The position numbers and the translations under genes were made by a program. The notes beneath the pieces are model-generated. The model was not told the origin of the DNA and made no database searches. It saw nothing but the letters and a program-made list of their open reading frames with translations. From the human T2T-CHM13v2.0 reference genome, Homo sapiens, in NCBI RefSeq assembly GCF_009914755.1, contig NC_060929.1: a DNA stretch of 64,000 nucleotides; one strand, 5' to 3'. This document shows, one piece after another, positions 60,088 to 64,000 of this stretch (its first letter is position 1; each line of letters opens with the position of its first letter).

Positions 60088-60285
60088 CAGGACCACCACA
60101 AATGATTATGCAGTGTGTACCCTATATAAAGATGCCAGGGTAAGGCGATGAAGGAATGCTGAATTCCAGCCCTTGCTCCCCTAGCAGCACATGGGGCCAG
60201 AAGAGGCACTTTATTGTAACTCATCTGCCCAGCAGAGGTACTTGTTTGCTAATTTATACAAAGGCACCTATTGCCCTGGAGCCCC
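60088..60285. mobile_element. MER91-like hAT-Tip100 fragment
   Basis: Weak resemblance (gattatgcagtgtgtacc...ctaatttatacaaaggcacc). Confidence 0.35.
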
Positions 60286-60484
60286 CATTGAAACTGAGAC
60301 AGAGTCTCATTTAAAATCTCATTTCAGTTAGATGAGTTGTAAGATTGGCAGTTTCTCTATAGGAAAGCCATCTACAACTATCAATGACACCTGTGACAAC
60401 TGTTCAACATCATGTCAGAAAATTGCCAAGAGGCCAAAGCATGTCTATTGTCATCGTACCTCTTCTTATTAGAGCAAAGTATCA

Positions 60485-61674
60485 GATTTTTCAAAGGAGA
60501 GGTATCTTTTCAACAAAGGTGCGAAGACACTTCAGTGGTGAACGGATAGTCTTTTCAACAGAAGGTGTTTGTAGAACTGGATATTCACATGCAAAAGAAT
60601 GGCCCCTATCTTATACCATGTACAAAAATTAACTCAAAATGGATTATAGACCCAAATGTAAGAGCTAAAACTATAAAAGTCTTAGAAGAAAAACTAGGAG
60701 CAAATTTCTGTGGCCTTGGATTAGGCAGTGGCTTCTTAGATATGTCAAGAAGCACAAGTGACCAAAGAAAAGGTAGATAAATTAAACTTAATAAAAATAA
60801 AAATTCTTGTCCTTCAAAAGACATCATCAAGAAAGTGAAAAGATGACTCACAGAATGGGAGAAAACATTAACAAATCAACTCTCTGATAAAAATATATAT
60901 TCGATCCCAGGTTTTAGCACCAAAAAAAAAAAAAAAAAAAAAAAAAAAGAATATATAAAGAACTCTTAAAACAACAAAAAGATAACCTAACAAAAAGACA
61001 AAAAGACAACTGGCAAATAATCTGAATAGATATTTCTCCAAAGAAGGTATGCAAATGACCAACAAACACCTAAAAAGATGTTCAACATCATTGACCATCA
61101 GGAAATGCAATCAAAACCACAGTAAGACACCACTTCACACACTAACTAGGATGGTTGTAATTTTAAAAATTTATAGATATTAAATATTGATAAGGGTGTG
61201 GAGAAATTGGAATCTTCATACACTGCTGGTGGAAATGTAAAATGGTGTGTCCACTTTGGAAGACAGTTCAGCAGTTCTTCACAAAGTTAGGCATAGAATT
61301 ACCATATGACCCAGAAATTTCATTCCTAGGTATAAACACAAAAGAATTGAAAATATGTGTCCACACAAAAATTTATACATGAATGTTCATAGCAGCAATA
61401 TTCATAATGGTGAAAAAGTGGAAGCAACCCAAATGTCTATCAGCTGATGAATAGGTAGATACAATTCATGCAATGAATAAATATTACATTCATACAAGGT
61501 AGTATTATTCAGCAAAAAATGGAATGAAGAACTGATTCATGCTATGTCTTGGAAAAATCTTGAAAACACCAAGTCAAAGTCACAAAAGACCACATATATA
61601 ATAGCTTCATTTATATGAAATGTCTGGAATAGGCAAATCCATAGAGGCAGAAAGTAGATATTGGTTGCCTAGGG
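60485..61674 (+). mobile_element. L1MB ORF2 3' end / 3' UTR fragment
   Basis: acaaaaattaactcaaaatggat...gaattaccatatgacccag...ggcaaatccatagag; degenerate L1 ORF2 peptides in the ORF track. Confidence 0.88.
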
Positions 61675-61686
61675 CAATTTTATTTT

Positions 61687-62078
61687 ATTTATTTTAAAAT
61701 AAATAAATATATATATATAATTTTACATCCAAAATTAAATATTTTTTATGAATTAAATATTTATTTAAATATTTTTAAATGAAATATTTATTTTGAGACA
61801 GAGCTTCACTCCGACACCCAGGCTGGAGTGCAGCGGCGTGATCTTGGCTCACGGCAATTTCCGCCTCCCGAGTTCAAGCGATTCTTCTGCCTCAGCCTCC
61901 TGAGTAGCTGGGACTACAGACGCAGGCCACCACACCCAGCTAATTGTTTTGTATTTTTAGTAGAGACAGGGTTTCACCATGTTGGCCAGGGTGCTCTCGA
62001 ATTCCTGACCTCAAATGATCCACTTGCCTCAACCTCCCACAGTGCTGGGATTACAGGTGTGAGCCACCGCACCCAGCT
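61687..62078 (-). mobile_element. AluS SINE with a ~110-bp degenerate AT-rich tail
   Basis: Alu body 61795-62078. TSD caattttatttt at 61675-61686 and 62081-62092. Confidence 0.9.
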
Positions 62079-62080
62079 GT

Positions 62081-62720
62081 CAATTTTATTTTTGGATTGT
62101 TCATTGCTAATGTATAGACATGAAATTGATTTTTGTATAATTTATCTTGTATTCTGCAACCTTGCTGAACTTATTTATTAGTCTTTTAGTGTATTCCTTG
62201 GGATTTTCTGTATCTCATTTCATCTGCAAATAGAGATAATTTTACTTCTTCCTTTTCAATTGGAATGCCTTTTATTTTTATTTTTTCACTTTCCTTCACT
62301 GGCTAAAACTTCCAATCTTATGTTGAATAGAAGAGATGAGAGCAGACGTTCTTGCTTTGTTCCCAGTTAGGGGAAAGGTGTTTAGTATTTCACCATACAG
62401 TATGTTCTTTGCTGTGGGTTTTTTGTAGATGGCCTTTGTCGGACTGAGGAAATTTTCTTCTATTCCAAGTTTGTTAAGTTTTTTTTAAGTCGTGAATGGA
62501 TTTGGAAATTTTGTCAAATGCTTTTTCTGTGTCTATTGAGTTGATGTAGTTTTTGTCATTTATTCTCTATTCATATGGTGTATTTTGTTGAATGATTTTC
62601 ATATGTTAAACTCACCTTTTATTCTTAGGTAAATTTCACTTGGTCGTGATGTAAATCATTTTTATATGTTGCTGGATTTGCTTTACTGATATGTTGCTGA
62701 GGATTTTTGCACCTACATTT
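62081..62720 (-). mobile_element. L1M ORF2 fragment (antisense)
   Basis: gcaaccttgctgaac...catctgcaaatagaga...gatgttgaatag-like...gaggatttttgc. Confidence 0.8.
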
Positions 62721-63044
62721 ATAAGCCCTTTTATTTTTTAGATACTTTATTTTGGTCTGTCTGTCCATTTAACTTTGTTCACTGTATCTTTAGCTGTACA
62801 AATGTTTCCAGTTTTTAGGTAAGCAAAGTGGTTAGCATTTTTCCCTATGTCTTCAAAGTATTTTTTCTTGTGGAGAAGGAACTTTCCTTCTGCCAAACCA
62901 TGAAACTATTTGCCCATATTTTTATTTAATATGATCATTGCTTTTCTTTTATGTTTAGAGAGTTAATTGACAATTTACCTTTATCTAAGCTATATGGTGG
63001 AGATCCAATTACCTGCATTTCTGAATTCATTCAATAACTCGCCA

Positions 63045-63593
63045 ATTTATTAAAATTCATTCAGTAAAATAATGAAACACCTGCTGAGTGCTCAGTATCT
63101 TTTTAAGTACTGTAAATACAACACTGTATTTAAAAAAATTAGACAAGGTCCTCGTTTTCCTATAGCTTACACAGAGGAGACATTCAACAAAAAATTAAAC
63201 AAACAACGTAATTTTAGAGAGCTAGAAGTGTTATGAAGAAAATAAAATAGGATGATATTATGGCGAATAAGAAAAGTTTTGTTGGATATGATAACCAGTG
63301 AAAGCCCCTCTAAAGTGGCACATTGAGGTTGAGTCCATGATAATGAGGATTCAGCCATATGAAGAGCCAAGAAAAGAGTGTTCTAGGCAGAGGGGTGAGC
63401 ATAAGCAAAGGCTCTGAGCTGGAGCAAGGTTGGTATATTCAAGCAACAGAATAAAGCCACTATGGGAGGAGTGAAGTTAGTTAGCAGGAGAATATTACCA
63501 GATGAGGTCAGAGAGTTGGGTAGGGCCAGTTCATGCAGGGACTTCCAGCCCATGCTAAAGAGGACAGAGGAAGTTATTAAGCAGGAGAGCATC
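63045..63593 (-). mobile_element. L2 LINE fragment
   Basis: gttctaggcagagggg...gcaaaggctctgag...gatgaggtcagagag. Confidence 0.7.
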
Positions 63594-64000
63594 TGTCTTA
63601 GTCTGTTCGTGTTGCTATAAAGGAATACTTGAGGCTGGGTAATTTATAAAGAAGAGAGGTTTATTTGGCTCACAGTTCTACAGGCTACACAAGAAGCATG
63701 GCACAGGCATCTGCATCTGGTATAGGCCTGAAACTCCTTCCACTCATGGTGGAAGGCAAAGGGGAGCTGGCTTGGGTAGATATCATAAGACAAGAGAGGA
63801 GGCAGGAGAGAGAGGGAAGGTGCCAGGCTCTTTTTAACAACCAGCTTTCAGAGGAACTTCTGTGGGAATGAATACAGCAAGAACTCACTTAGCCCCACTC
63901 CCTGGGGAGGGCACTAATCTATTCATGAAGGATCCACCCCCATGACCCAAACACCTCCCATTAAGCCTCTCCTCTAACATTAGAGATCACATTTCAACAT
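63594..64000 (-). mobile_element. MST (MSTB-like) MaLR LTR, runs off the window end
   Basis: tgtcttagtctgttcgtgttgctataaaggaatacttgaggctgggtaatttataaag...ccatgacccaaacacctccca. Confidence 0.85.

Noticed and set aside
60384-61110. ORFs with L1 ORF2-like peptides
   Set aside because: Frameshifted L1MB fossil that cannot encode a functional ORF2p.

Overview
Primate (almost certainly human) genomic DNA, mostly intergenic or intronic, with no convincing conventional multi-exon protein gene. It opens with a CpG/GC-rich promoter-like segment (~360-1200) and a repeat-poor flank. The rest is dense in interspersed repeats: about 15 Alus (one very young AluYb8-type), L1M/L2/MIR fossils, DNA transposons (piggyBac MER85, Tigger2a, Tigger3a, MER45A, MER5A) and MaLR/ERVL LTRs. 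Three things stand out. (1) A processed SEM1/DSS1 retrocopy (41074-41519, 15-bp TSD) carries 25 extra nt ending in a polypyrimidine tract plus AG, apparently copied from a cryptically spliced mRNA. It therefore holds a splice acceptor, a terminal exon and a poly(A) signal, 370 bp downstream of a full-length same-strand THE1D element. (2) A 5'-deleted HML-8 (HERV-K11/MER11) provirus keeps its env TM subunit open, fused in frame to an ATG from the flanking L2 (264-aa ORF). (3) A MER85 has an intact PGBD3-binding palindrome. From memory, and unverified, an annotated SEM1 pseudogene lies at 5q14 between SSBP2 and ATG10, which may be this locus. Repeat subfamily names were assigned by eye from remembered consensus sequences, and the boundaries of old repeats are approximate.
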